Source: Lingula anatina | Lineage: Eukaryota; Animalia; Brachiopoda | Reading direction: 5' to 3' | NCBI GenBank assembly: GCA_051362555.1 | Contig: CM120641.1 | Location: 7,564,001-7,628,000, forward strand | Length of the DNA: 64,000 nucleotides | In this document: positions 39,801-53,700 of the stretch, in pieces | Position numbering within the stretch: position 1 is the stretch's first letter | Layout: each line of letters starts with the position of its first letter | Position numbers and translations under genes: made by a program | The notes under the pieces: model-generated | Database searches by the model: none | Seen by the model: only the letters and a program-made list of their open reading frames with translations | Told to the model about the DNA's origin: nothing

Positions 39801-42800
39801 ACAGAGTGCAGAACTTGATTTTTTCTATTCTTTCCAAGTTCGACAGAATTACCAGATTTTGATTGTTGCTTCAATTTTTTCAAGGGACCACTCTAGTGGG
39901 TTTGTGGAAGTTATTTACCAGAGTAGAAATAAAGCAGCAGTGGGTAGAGTACAAGAGCGTTTTCAATGCCCTGGCCGGGGATCTTCAGATAGCTTTTGTG
40001 AATTAGTTTTTATCAATTATGTGTAAGTTTACATAAATATACAGGAATCACCAGGAGTGAGAGATGAAGCTAGCATTCGGTCATGTGCTTTTCAGATTTT
40101 TTGTTACAAGTAATGTTGTATTTGTACATTTACAGCTCAGTGTTGTAATATTTAGAATCCTGCATTCCATTTTATTTTGATGACTGATATGATCAAATTA
40201 CATGTAGTAGTAAAATGTGATTAAAGTTTTTACATTAATCAAAATTCTTGGCTTTATACTCATTTACAACTTTGTTTAAGTTATTCTTTTTAACCTTTCA
40301 CCTTCTTTTGCAGAAATACATGTTAGGCCAGATATTACCTCTGTACAACAAAGTTGGTTGGGAGGATACTGGAGATCATATTGAACAGTATGTAATATTG
40401 CATTTATCTGTCAAAATCATAACAACCAACAAATCCTCCAGCACACACACAAGTACCATATCCTCTCAGGCTTGTAGCCAACAATTTTCAAAAAAGAGGC
40501 TCTTTTTGTGAAAAAGTGCTTCTCCACCCTTAGTCACCCTGAGCTTCAGAGCTAACTTGACACTAACCTTTTCACTGTAGCCTATCTCCATCGTGTCAAG
40601 TAACCTCTGACCAGATTCGATTGCCTCCGCCGCCCGCCAATCAAATTTAAAAGCCCGCACTCAATGACTCATTAAACGATCTAGCCAATGAACGCGAACG
40701 AGTCAAAGCGCGCTTTGTTCAAATCCGGACCAATCAAAGATAAGGCTGAATATCAGGGTCTTGCCGTAACCTGTGGGCAGCACGCAAATAACATCGTCTC
40801 TCAGTAGATAATGATGCAGGGCATCATACTGCTCTGGTTTCAATTCCGATATACTCCATGCTTTCTTTGTGTACGGTTATGCACTCGGAACCACTCGGAA
40901 CTACTCGGATGTCTCCGCACTCGACAATAACTATGTTGTTAGTATGGAGCTTGCGGAATCAGCCGAGGATTGCCGATTGACGATCAACCAATCAGCGTTT
41001 TCACCAAACTTTGGTGAAAAATTTTGAAACATGGATTCGATTGGCTTATATAAAATAGGTCAAACTATTTTCGTCAGAGGTTACTTGACACGATGGAGAT
41101 AGGCTACAGTGAAAAGGTTAGTGTCAAGTTAGCTCTGAAGCTCAGGGTGCCCTTAGTTGACCCAAATCGACAAATAGAACCAAAGCCAAATTTTGATTCA
41201 GAAAGGACCTTTCCCTATCAGAAGGACAGCTCTTTGTAACTCCCTAAACTCCCTGCCTACAGGTCACTCCTCTCATTCCACCTCTTCAGCTAAAACATTT
41301 TTACTGAACATATTTCAGGTACAACCGTATAAATGCCCTGTCAAAAGCCTGTGACTATGGACACCAGCCATGTAGAGACAAGGCTAGTGAGATGTTCACT
41401 GCTTGGATGCGTTCTGCTAATCCAGATATGAACAACCCGTATGTATCTTATTTAAATACTTTGTAAAATATTTTTCAGTAAAATTACTCATTTTTTTTTT
41501 TAAATTTAGATTAAGATTATCTGGCTAAGATTATCTGTAAGCACAAAGTTATTATTTACTTTGCATTTTTGTTCATGGTGCTGATTTTGAATTATAGAAT
41601 CATGTATGTGTTCATTAAATTTAATGTTTTATTAAATATGGAAAAAGTAGTGTAATATAACTTTTTCAATGTTGAATTTTCTTAATTTTGCAGAATTGCC
41701 CCTAACCTCAAGTCTCTGGTGTACTGCAATGCTATAAAAAATGGAGGCAGTGCTGAATGGAATTTTGCCTATGAGAGATACAAGAAGGCCAATGTAGCCT
41801 CCGAACAATCAAAGCTGCTATATGGACTGTCTTGTAGCACTGAAACCTGGATTTTGAGCAGGTGAAAGGAAATCTGAACATTGTTTAGCTGAAAAGAAAT
41901 AATGAATTTATGGCAGATTGTGTTATCCAATAAGATGGGGCAAAACATATCAAGTGAAATTCATGCATACCTCATCCCTATTTTGCATCAGGTTTTTATA
42001 TTCTGATTTTGGTGGATAACTTTTTTTTTGGTTCGAAAACCATTTGTTTCATTTGTTTTAGGTCAGCAGTCAACAAAATAATCATTTAGTATTCTAGGCA
42101 TGTGAGGCTTTTAATCCAAGTAGATTCAAGTTTCCTTGATAGAATATCCCCCAAATTATACTTTGTTTAATATGAAATTATATATAATTGATCAAAAAAA
42201 AGTTTGATGAATTGAAAAAAAAGTTCTTTTTAATGCACAGATATCTAGATTATGCCTTGACTCCAACTGAGGTACGAAAACAAGATGCCACATCAGTAAT
42301 ACGCTATGTTGCAAGGAATCCAATAGGTAGATGTCTTGCCTGGGACTTCATAAGAGAGAAATGGACATATATTATTGGAGAGTAAGGAAATGTGTTGTTT
42401 TGTATGATGTTTAATATGTTTTAGCATACTTTTACTACTGTCTATCAAAGCTACACCATCTTGGGTTCTGCCACAAAGGAACACTTACTAGATTGTAACT
42501 GTTTTTTTAGGATGATCTGTTAAAATGTATTTTCATTTAAAACAGTTCCTGTTATAAACTTATAAAATAATGATTTGCTGTTATTACATTAGATTACTTG
42601 CTGTGACAAGTGTTTTTCTATTGGTTTCAGTTATGGCAGTGGCTGGTCCTTCTCTGGCCTGATAGACAGCATCACTGGTAGCTTTAATACACAATTTGAA
42701 CTGGATCAGGTATAGAGTCAATTCTAGGAATGGAACTTTCCTGAAAAGCAATTTCAGTTTGTAAAACAAATTTTAGTCATCGTTTTTTCCTAAATGTGGT

Positions 42801-43409
42801 GTACATAAATTGAAACTAAGCTGCTTGAGCATTTCTGTTTTGGTTTCCTACTTGCAAATGTAACTCACAGTATTGTTCCTCTAGTAATATTTAATTTTAC
42901 CAATAAGTTAAGTTTTAGGAATGAAAAGAATTTAATATATTTCAGATTTATACTAACACCATTTTCATTCCCTTTTCAGCTGAATGCATTTATCTCCAGC
43001 CATGACAATCTGGGATCAGGTCAGCGTGCCTTTGAACAAGCTGTGGAGAAGACGCAAGCAAATATCAAGTGGATGCAGGCCAATGAAAAGAAACTGGGAG
43101 AATGGCTGGCAGCAAATGTAGAGTAAGTGTCTTATCTGTCCAGAAAATGAAAGCAGCCTTAAAACAGATCAAATATCAGTCAACCAATCTTTTGTCTTTC
43201 ACTGATGATTTTCTTGTACTGCTTGAGATGGAGAATATATAATAAAACAAACAAACAGACAAACAAAAAAAGGGTACTTTTCACCAACTGGTTTCATTTG
43301 TATCATTAGGTATCTTTTAATTGGTTGTCATAGAGGAGAACAATGGTTATATACTCAACAATAGGATTGTTGACACACACATGTATGCACGCACCCAAGC
43401 ACGCACGCA

Positions 43410-43454
<45 letters not shown>

Positions 43455-46400
43455 CTTCACAATATTATATTAACATGTTTTGTTACTTTTCATTTTTCTC
43501 TAGCCCCACAGATACAATAACCAAGCCCTCTGATGTCCGCCTACCCACCACCATGTTACCTAACTACTACAAGTTGTGGCTACGACCTGACATCTATGGC
43601 AGTGACCCTGAGACCTTCACCTTTGATGGTGTGGTGGAGATAACCATGCTTTGTAATGAAACCACCAAAGTCATCAAACTTCACACTAATAAACTAACCA
43701 TCAATAGTGTGGAGTTGATGGAAACGGCTAACAATGCTAGTGTGGGTGGAATTACAAGAAGTGAAGACAAATCAAGACAGTTTTTGGTGATTAATGCACC
43801 AGAAAATTTTGTGGTTGGGAAAAACTACACTCTAAAGATAAACTTCACTGGGCCTTTGAAAGATGACTTAGCAGGACTGTACAGGAGTCAATATTTCAGC
43901 TCCACCAGAAATGAGACTATGTAAGTATGCAATATCCCAAATTATATTTCTTAAATGAGTAAATTTATTGTTTATCATTTATAAATTAAATGCCAAAATT
44001 ATAATGAAAAAGATAGATTGTACATAACTGAGTCCAAAATTGTAGAATTTGCAAAAATTTTGTTATGTGCACTTTCGTTTCTTAAATACCAGTAAATATA
44101 AATTTTGTCACTTCAAAGTTCACGACTTCACTTCAAAGTTTACGTGATTTAACCCAGTCACAGATGGTAATTTAAGCCTGCATTAATTCCCTTAATAAAA
44201 AATAATTTATCTTATAGCAATAAAAATTTATGTGGTTTTAAGGAGATTGTGTAACCATTTTTAGATATTATTTTCTGTGTTCTCTTCAGCCACATTGCCA
44301 CCACCCAGATGCAGCCCACAGATGCCAGAAAAGCTTTCCCCTGCTTTGATGAACCTGCATTTAAAGCTGTCTTTGAAGTGACATTGTGGAGAAAAGAACC
44401 CATGATTTCCCTGTCCAATATGCCTATCAGAAGTACTACAACACAGTAAGGATTTGGTTTGTAAAAGATTTACCAATTGTTTTAAATGTGGAGACATTCC
44501 TCTTTTGATTTCTTCTAACAGAAGGAAGTGCACAAATCAGAAGAGATGAAGTAACAAGTTCTTGTAAAAAATTTGTAAGTTTGAAAGGAGTTTTTTAAGA
44601 AGCAGTTTTTTTAACACATGATATTACATTCCATTAATGAAAAAGACAAACACCAATATGCCTGAAGTAAAGCAGTGACTTGGTATACGTAGTTAGTGTA
44701 TATAAACCGAGATGCTACAACATGTTGAGTATATTTTACAGAGATGACTGGAAGCTGGACCACTACTTCCCCACTGTGAAGATGCCTACCTACCTGCTGG
44801 CCTTCATTATCTGTGATTTTGTTTATGTTGAGAGAAACACAACAAGGAACACAGCTGTAATTCAATATATATTTTATGCAGTCATACTTTTACTTTGGTA
44901 CACTTAATTGTTTCATTAGAGTTTGAATAGTAATAAGCAGTTTGTCAACAGAGATCACACAGCTATTGCTTACTTGCTTAAAATTTTCTAAGAGGTTTTT
45001 GGACAGATTAGAGCAGTTTTTATGTACAGACACAGATGTGTTTGTACATATAGCCATCATCTGCGTCTGTCGTCGCCGTCGCCGTTGGCGTGCACTTTAA
45101 CCGTAAACACGATAAGTGAAAAACCGTTTTACCTTTTGGCTTGAAAGTTACAGAACTGATGAATATTCATAATACGCCGGTCAAGTTCGAAAATCAGCAT
45201 GATCGGGCTATTTTAAGGGAAGTTATGCTGTTTTTTCAATTTTTTCAGCATATATGCAACACCGTAAACACGATAAGTGGAAAACCGTTTTACCTTTTGG
45301 CTTGAAAGTTACAGAACTGATGAATGTTCATAATACGCTGGTCAAGTTCGAAAATCAGCATGATCGGGTCATTTTTAGGGAAGTTATGCTTTTTTTTTCA
45401 CTTTTTTCAGCATATATGCAATACCGTAAACACGATAAGTGGAAAACCGTTTTACCTTTTGGCTTGAAAGTTACAGAACTGATGAATATTCATAATACGC
45501 TGGTCAAGTTCGAAAATCAGCATGATCGGGTCATTTTTAGGGAAGTTATGCTTTTTTTTTCACTTTTTTCAGCATATATGCAACACCGTAAACACTATAA
45601 GTGGAAAACGGTTTTACCTTTTGGTTTGAAACTTACAGAACTGATGAGTATTAATAATACGCAGGTCAAGTTCGAAAATCAGCATGATAGAGCCACTTTT
45701 ATGGAAGTTATGCTGCTTTTTCATTCTTTTCAGCATATATGCATCACTGATAACACAATATAAGAAAAACAGATAGGCCAATTGTCACTGTACTCACAGG
45801 AGTGGTCAATCTTACTAAAACATAGGTTGAGTATGAAAATCAGCATAATCGGGCCATTATTTTAGAAGTTATGCTTTTTTTTCACATTTCCTCAGATTCA
45901 ATTCTTAGGCATGTTAATAGTCTCATTATTGAACTAATAAGATACATAAAAGTGTTTGTTTGACATTTCCTGCATCTTTACAACATTGTCAGTTGATTAT
46001 TGTCAGTTGATCGTGTATTGTGTAATGAAGTGTCAAAAATGGAAATAAACACATATCATTGCAGTTTGTCAGATTCAATCATCCACTATGTTCAGAATCT
46101 CAGAATGGAGGAAATTGGACATTTAACACTGTTCTATTGATAATTTTCCCATCTCATCAATTTTCTTAGTTGGTCATATAAAAATGGCAGTTAACAGTTA
46201 ATTTTGTTTTATGTTAAAAATTGTTAAAAATGGAAATAAACCCATTTCAGAAAAGTGCTGTCTTGTTTACATTTTGGCATTTTCAAGATGTGACTTTGAA
46301 GTTCCATGGTCCTGAAGACCTTTGCTAGTCACATTTTCTGAATATCTATGATACTAATATTTTATTATTAAAAATTGACGGTCATTATGCTGTTAAATAT

Positions 46401-47708
46401 TATGTAATATTGTATCAAAATTTGAGGAAACCCCTATTTTGGGCTCTGCTCCCATGATGACCATTTAAGGAAAATCATGTCACTCACTGTTCTCAAACTT
46501 ACAGGAAAGAAACATGGGACTAAAATATAGCTTCAGTAGGCAATGCAGTCTGTTTGGTAAATTTTTCTGGCAATTAAACAGTTTTTTGTGAAAATTTAAT
46601 TTTTCACTTATTGTCATTTTCAAGGTGTGACTTAGAACCTCCACGGGCTTGAAGACCTTTGCTGGTCACATTTTCTGAATATCCATGATACTAATATTTT
46701 ATTATTAAAAATTGATGGTCATTATGCTGTTAAACATTATGTAATGTTGCATCAAAATAGAAGAAAACACAATTTTTGGTGTTGCTGCCATGATGACCAT
46801 TATGGGAAAACCATGTTACTTATGACTGTCAAACTTTCAAAAAAGAAACACAGGACTAAAATGCAGCCTGAGTTGGAAAAGCAGTCTAATTGGCTTCTTT
46901 TTCTGGAAGTTATACATTTTAGTGAAATAATTATTATCTTTTTAGCATATTCATTGTGGGACTCAGAACTCCCATGGACATGAAGCCGAATGGTAATCAA
47001 ATTTTCTACATGTCCTTGCTATTTATAGTCAATAATCAAAAATTGGTGATAATTATTCTATAATTTATTATGTAATGTTACATCAAAATTGACAAAAATC
47101 TTTTTGCACTGCTACTGCAAATATTATGAAAAGAAAACTGTGCTACTTATTATTATTTTTAACATACAAGTATGATTTTTAAGATCGGCATGCAGTTCAA
47201 ATTAGAAAGCCAGGTCAATTGGGTTATCATTTATTATTGAATTTTATGCAATTTTGTGTGAAATTTCATTTTTCTCATTCTGGCACTTTCTAAGTATAAA
47301 CTTGAACTCTGATGGGCCTGAAGCCTTATGCTTTTACTTTCGTTGGTGTTATCTATTGTGCAAAATTAAAATTTGATGTTGACTGTGCAGTTAAACATAA
47401 TGTATTATTGCATCAGAATTGGTAGTCCCCTATTTTGTGCATTATTGTTTTGTGCTTTTCTTAAGTTGTGACTTATGGGCCTGAAATACCTTTGAGAGGG
47501 TCAGTCTGTAAATTTCCCTTGGGTATCACTTAGCTAATTTCAGTGTTATAAAGTAATTTGCCTAATTAATGGGCCATTAAATGAGATTACATAAAGCACA
47601 CTTGTTGATATTTCCCTGTAAACTCCCATAGGTTAAGCTCTCTGCTAGATTAATAATAAGGAAGCAGTGATAATTATGCAGGTGAATTTTGTTTAATATT
47701 GCAAATAA

Positions 47709-47789
<81 letters not shown>

Positions 47790-50700
47790 AACTCAAAGAT
47801 TAAAAGTTTGAATAGCAGCTTCATTGGAATTATATTTACCTCTGCCAAGGAGGTTATATTTTCACCCCTGTTTGTCATCAACATAACTCAAAAAGTTATG
47901 GACCGATTTTGCTGAAATTTTCAGGAACTGTCAGAAGTGGGCCAAAGAGGACAATAATCAATAATAATCAACAATTGCTACCTTGGCAGAGGTCTGCACT
48001 CTCGGAGCGCTTTGCTAGTTTTGTTATGTTTTCCTGTATAATTTTTTCTCAAACACTTGCATTTGTGACTTTTAACTCTCATCCACCTGAGGCTCTGACA
48101 TTTCTGTATTTCCACATAAGCAGTTGTATTGTTTTTTATGTCTTTGAACATTATGTTACTTATGTAATATTATTTTATGCACTGTCATCATTTTTCAAAT
48201 ATTGAGACTTTCATCATGTGAATTTGAACTCATGGTCCTGAAACTGTAATCTTATTGAAAGGGTTGATTGAGACCATCTTCTGGGTCTTCCGGAAGACAG
48301 TCAGGTTATTAAGTTTATATTGCCTGGTATCTATTTTTTCTTCTGTTGGAAGACCATCAAAATGGAGGATGGATCAAAATAGATACTTTGGAATACTGTC
48401 AGAAAATATCTCTGGGTCCACTCATGTTATTGACCATTTTACCTGTTGTGCATGATTAAAATTCAGTGTTGACTGACAGTGCTATTATAAGCATTATTTA
48501 TTATTGCATCAAAATTGACAAAATGACCCATTTTGCATCTTTATTTTCTGTTTTTTGTCTGTACATTTGACAGCTTTGCTGCCTTGTTTAACATTTTAAA
48601 ATAATTTGTTTCACTGGCAATTTATTAAGGATTTTCCAGTGAAAAACAGACCCACTGAGACATGCATTTGAATTTTTTGTATTTTGCCTTTAATGTTTGT
48701 ATTCAAAAAGGATACCTTGGTAATGATTTCAAAACAAAATGAAACAAATTTAAGAAGAACTTTTAACTTGTTTTTCCTGTCGCCTGTAGGTCAGAGTTTG
48801 GGCACGACGAGAAGCCGAGGACCAGACAGCTTATGCTCTGAATGCTGGAGTTAATATTCTGGAACACTTTGAAAACTACTATAACATAAGTTTCCCTCTT
48901 CCAAAACAAGGTGAGGTTTCATAAAATTACACCTGTCATAATTGTTTATCAGTAAATGACTACTTTATTCCATAAGGTGTAAAACTTGGTATCCTGGACA
49001 TTTATTTATAATTATAAAAAACATCCAAGTAAAACAATCCAAGACTTCGCAACTGCATGGAGTCTTGGAGAACTGAAATCTGATTACTAACACGGCAACT
49101 GCTCTGCTATATGATCCCAAGGTGTCATCTGCTGGTAGTAAACATTGAACATTTTGAATTGTTTATTTAGACATGATAGCCATCCCAGACTTTCCTGCTG
49201 GAGCCATGGAAAACTGGGGTCTGATTACTTACAGGGAGACAGCTCTTCTCTATGATCCTAAAGTGTCGTCTGCTAGTAATAAACAGAGAGTGGCAGTGGT
49301 TGTGTCACATGAACTGGCCCATCAGGTGGGTAGATTAAAGATGAAATTTTAAACTGAAAATGTGCAAAATACCTCAAATACCTATGCATTAATTGAAAGA
49401 AAAATGATGGTTGGTCACAATTTTCCATTACAATATTAATTCATTAAAAAAAATCCTTCAGTATTGAGGTTACGTGTAAATTCAACTCATCCTATGATGT
49501 GTGATATGCCTTCCAGTGGTTTGGTAACCTTGTGTCTCCACTGTGGTGGGATGACCTTTGGCTTAATGAAGGATTTGCCAGCTATGTGGAATACCTGGGG
49601 GTGGACTTCATTGAATCAACATGGAAAATGGTAATGATATATGGCTGGAATACATGTGATGTGAAACTATTGAATATTTAAATGTCTGAAAAAGAGGACC
49701 TTGAAGGTTACCATAAGGTAAAAATTGTGTATTTAGTGATTTAGAAACCAAGTTTTTTGAACATATTTTCATAACATGCCCAAATGGGGAAAATGTTCTG
49801 GTGATCCAGAGAGCATGTAAAAGGAAATATGCCTCTGTCTTTAAGAGACATTTTGAAATAAAAAAATGATAGTTGCATATAACATAATGACTTTTTTTAA
49901 TAGATGGAACAGTTTTTAGTCGAAGATCTTGAGGATGTGTTCAAATTGGATGGCCTGGCCAACTCTCACCCCATCTATGTTCCTGTGGGACATCCTGATG
50001 AGATCAATGAGATATTTGACAGGATCTCTTATGCTAAGGTATTGTTCCTTTGAATATTATATTGAAAATTAATTGTTAGTTAAGAGGTGTATAATGAAGG
50101 CTGACAAATGTTTCTTTCATCCTTGAAAACATTTCTCTAAGTATTTAGAAATATGATTGTCTCTTACAAAATAGCTTATTATCACTTCTTATATTTCAGG
50201 GAGCATCAATTATACGCATGATGAACAACTTTTTGACTGAGGATGTGTTTAGAAGAGGCCTTACAGTATGTGTTTTCTTAATAAAATGTTTTTTAAGTTA
50301 GGAATATACATATATAATTAAGTAGCCTTGTGAGCATAAATATTTAAATAACATATAACTGTAAGTTTGGGTGTTTCAATTTTTTTTTAATACTGGAATT
50401 TTGAAATTGTGAACTACCTCATAAATATAGCATTTATTGCACACATGTAGTTTGCAAAATTGAATTTTTCTTACCCAACAAGATATGATAGATAATGCAA
50501 TTACTTTTTCTCTTAAACAGCGTTACCTTAACAGGCATGCCTATGATGTTGCCACACATGATGATTTATGGGCTGCCCTCAGTGAGGTAAATTAATATCT
50601 AGCAGGCTGGCAGCAACTGAAGCTTCAGATATGTGCATTTATGTCCTGTTTCTGTAAATTATTTCCTTTATTTATTTTGTAAGCTGTAAGAAGCATATTT

Positions 50701-53700
50701 TTTTGTATTTATGGCTCAGTGCAAGACATGTTTTGATCTTCCCTCTAATGTTGACATCTTTTGACAAAAAAAAAGTAAAATGCAGTATTTGTGCTTCATA
50801 GAATTCAAAGAACCATAATTATAAGAGTGTTTTTATTGATAGAGCAAATTATATTTTAATTTGAAAAAATTTAATTTATGCTTGTATTTTCTCAGCAAAC
50901 CAGAGAAGATGGACACCCGGTGGATGTGAAGACAATAATGGACACTTGGACACTCCAGATGGGTTACCCAGTGGTCAAGATAAACAGAACCTACAGTGAA
51001 CAACCATCAACTGTATCACAGTCTCATTTTCTCATAGATCCAACTGTAGAACCAAACCCTAAATATCCTTCACCTTTCAAGTAAGTTGGGATTTATGCAA
51101 AAGATCTTTATTTCAAGTCAGTGATATGAAAGTTACTTTTAAACATTTTAAATTTCAGTTCTTTTCAAATAGTTTTGGTGACTCTGATGAAGGTAGGTTC
51201 AAGATCCATGTTAAAACTATTTTCTCAATACTATAATATTTTTTTCAGTTACAAATGGGAGATACCTTTAACTCTCACCACAAGTAATTCTCCAATGTGG
51301 AATGGCACCATAAGATGGATGAAAAAAAATGACAGTAAAACTACATTTCTAACAAAAACTATTTTTTACCTGTTACACAGTTTGAAGGATAAGTAAGATA
51401 TTAAGTCCAGTATTAATTAAAGCTTGAATATTAAACATCCTCTTGTCCTTTTTACTTAGAATTTGCCACCATTTTCACTATAGTACACTATCAATTGTCA
51501 TTCACACAGCAGGAGATTTTCTGGAACATTAGAAATTGTCAATCTTTTCACTGTGCTTCATTTTCATATTTATTGGCGTTAACAAAGGTGCTTAGAACCA
51601 TGTTCATTCTTGTGCTTTTATGTTTTAACAGTTAGTCTTAATACAACTGACTTGAATAATGTTGGAGATGATGGTTGGGTGATTGGCAATCTTCAGCAGT
51701 ATGGCTACTACAGGGTCAACTATGACAGGAAGAATTGGGACAACATCCTCAATCAACTGAACACTCATCACAGGGTAAGTGATATTCATGGCATGGAAGG
51801 AATAAGCACTCTGATTCATTACAAATGACAGGTCTAGAGCATTGCCTTCTACAACCATACATGGTGTCCTTTGTAAATCTCTTAAAAGAAATGGACATAT
51901 TTAATGTGCTCCTTTTTACAGCAAACTTAAAAGACCCCATGGATTTTTCATATCATTTTTAAAGTACATCTGGAACATTTTTTTTCAGATGATACATGTG
52001 AAAAACAGAGCTCAAATTATAGATGATGCCTTCAACATAGCAAAGTAAGAATGATGAATAGAGCTTTTAAATGATATGTTCAGTTTTAAGGGAGAAAAAT
52101 TAATCTGACCAAAATGTTGTTTTTAATTTTTTTTGCATCTTCTTTGAAAGTATGAGGTATTAGTTGGTGTTTTTTTTCAAAATATGAGGTCCTCCTTATA
52201 TTCAATTTTGCTATTCAGTTGTAATTAAGTTATTTGTTTTTTTTAAATACATAATACGTATGTAATACCTAAAATATGAAGATAAAATGCTAAAAATTTA
52301 AAATGTGTTCTTTTAGTTCTGGCATTGATCCAGCTGTAGACATAGAGCTAGCTATGCAGACGACCAAGTATTTGTCCAAAGAAACAGAGTACATCCCGTG
52401 GGAGGCAGCACTCTTGAATGTTGGTTACTTGGACATTATGATGAGCAAAACCCAACACTATGGAAACTACCAGGTATATCTTTCAAGTTCTCTTCTGCAA
52501 GGTGCAGGATTGCAGTGAATTGTTGCTTTTGAGATGCCAACAGGTGTTATCATTGTTGCCTTAAATAAGCAATTATTTGGAAAACCAGCCAATATAAAAT
52601 GGTAGGAACAGTCAATACAAAATGAGAAATTGGTGTGAGGTTTACCCTCAGAAATCATGAACTCACATGCAACCAAATGGAGATATTTATTTATTCACTT
52701 AATATTTGAACAGGTTTGGTTGTATTCCTCATTTTTAGTGCCATGAAATTATCCAGATATATCTAGTATTTCAAAATCATTGATGTACAAATGGATTTAG
52801 CTTAGCATGTATATATCTTATTTCCATAGTGAGTTTGAACAGTGAAAGTACCATTTTTGGTGAGACATTGCCTTAATTTATCTATTAATCTTAATATCAA
52901 TCTTGTGATTTCCAGAAGTACATGTTGCACCAGATATTACCACTGTACAACAGGGTGGGATGGGAGGATACTGGAGGGCCTGGAGAGCACCTTGAACAGT
53001 AAGGATTTATAATAAACTACATATGTCTGTCTTGTTTGTCATCTTTAAAATAAGCTGTTGCCACACTGTTAAAAATATCTTATGAATGTTGGGTTTCATA
53101 TTTTGTTTTTGTTCTTTCTTTTCAACTTTTCCTTTACTTGACATATCTCTTCAGTTACAATAGGATCAATGCTTTGGGTAGAGCCTGTGCCTATGGATAC
53201 CAACCTTGCCTGGATAAAGCCACAGAGATGTTCAACAGTTGGATGAATTCGGCAAACCCTGATGAGGATAACCCGTGAGTAGGGTCTGACTGTTTTAAGT
53301 AGTTTTTGTGAAACTATTGAATTCAGTCTATATCTTACCACAAAACAGTGTGTTGTGGTCAAATGATCAGTTTTAACTGATTGCAATCAACTTCTGTACA
53401 AAAGGGGTTAAAACTTCATATCTTATTATATGTGATTATTTATTTTCATTTATATATGTACTAGTTACAACACGAGTTGGCCATACACGAGCGTAATTAT
53501 ATTAAGGTGCAGCCGAGATATAGTTTGCTCTTGTATGTCGCAGACAGTGGACGTAGAGTAGTTGTAACTGTCTTATACCATAGCTGGCACTTCGAACAAT
53601 AGGACAAAGGCACCGAAGGATATGAAAATACAGGCAAGCCTGTATGCGAAATATACAAGTACAATTAACCTATTGTTTGAAGTGCCAGTTGTGGTGCAAT

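Larger units (their letters stand above)
45022..48588 (+). mobile_element. Helentron-associated non-autonomous element (HINE/DINE-1-like), about 3.6 kb, with an internal satellite array
   Basis: Absent from the paralogous module 4 intron (empty site gagcagttttttaacatt near 57341-57358). Inserted in a T run; subterminal IRs atgtacagac / gtctgtacat, GTC-rich microsatellite, internal tandem repeats, 3' hairpin gacagc-ttt-gctgcc then ttgtt. Confidence 0.85.

Noticed and set aside
45254-45763. 169-aa ORF with 54-aa repeats, or a CRISPR-like array
   Set aside because: It is a by-product of 162-bp (multiple of 3) satellite monomers inside a HINE; no unique spacers and a eukaryotic context.
51381-51392. 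Possible micro-exon (ag|tttgaaggataa|gtaag) after the short YKWEIP exon
   Set aside because: It would introduce an in-frame TGA, is not conserved in module 4, and the flanking exons already join in phase.
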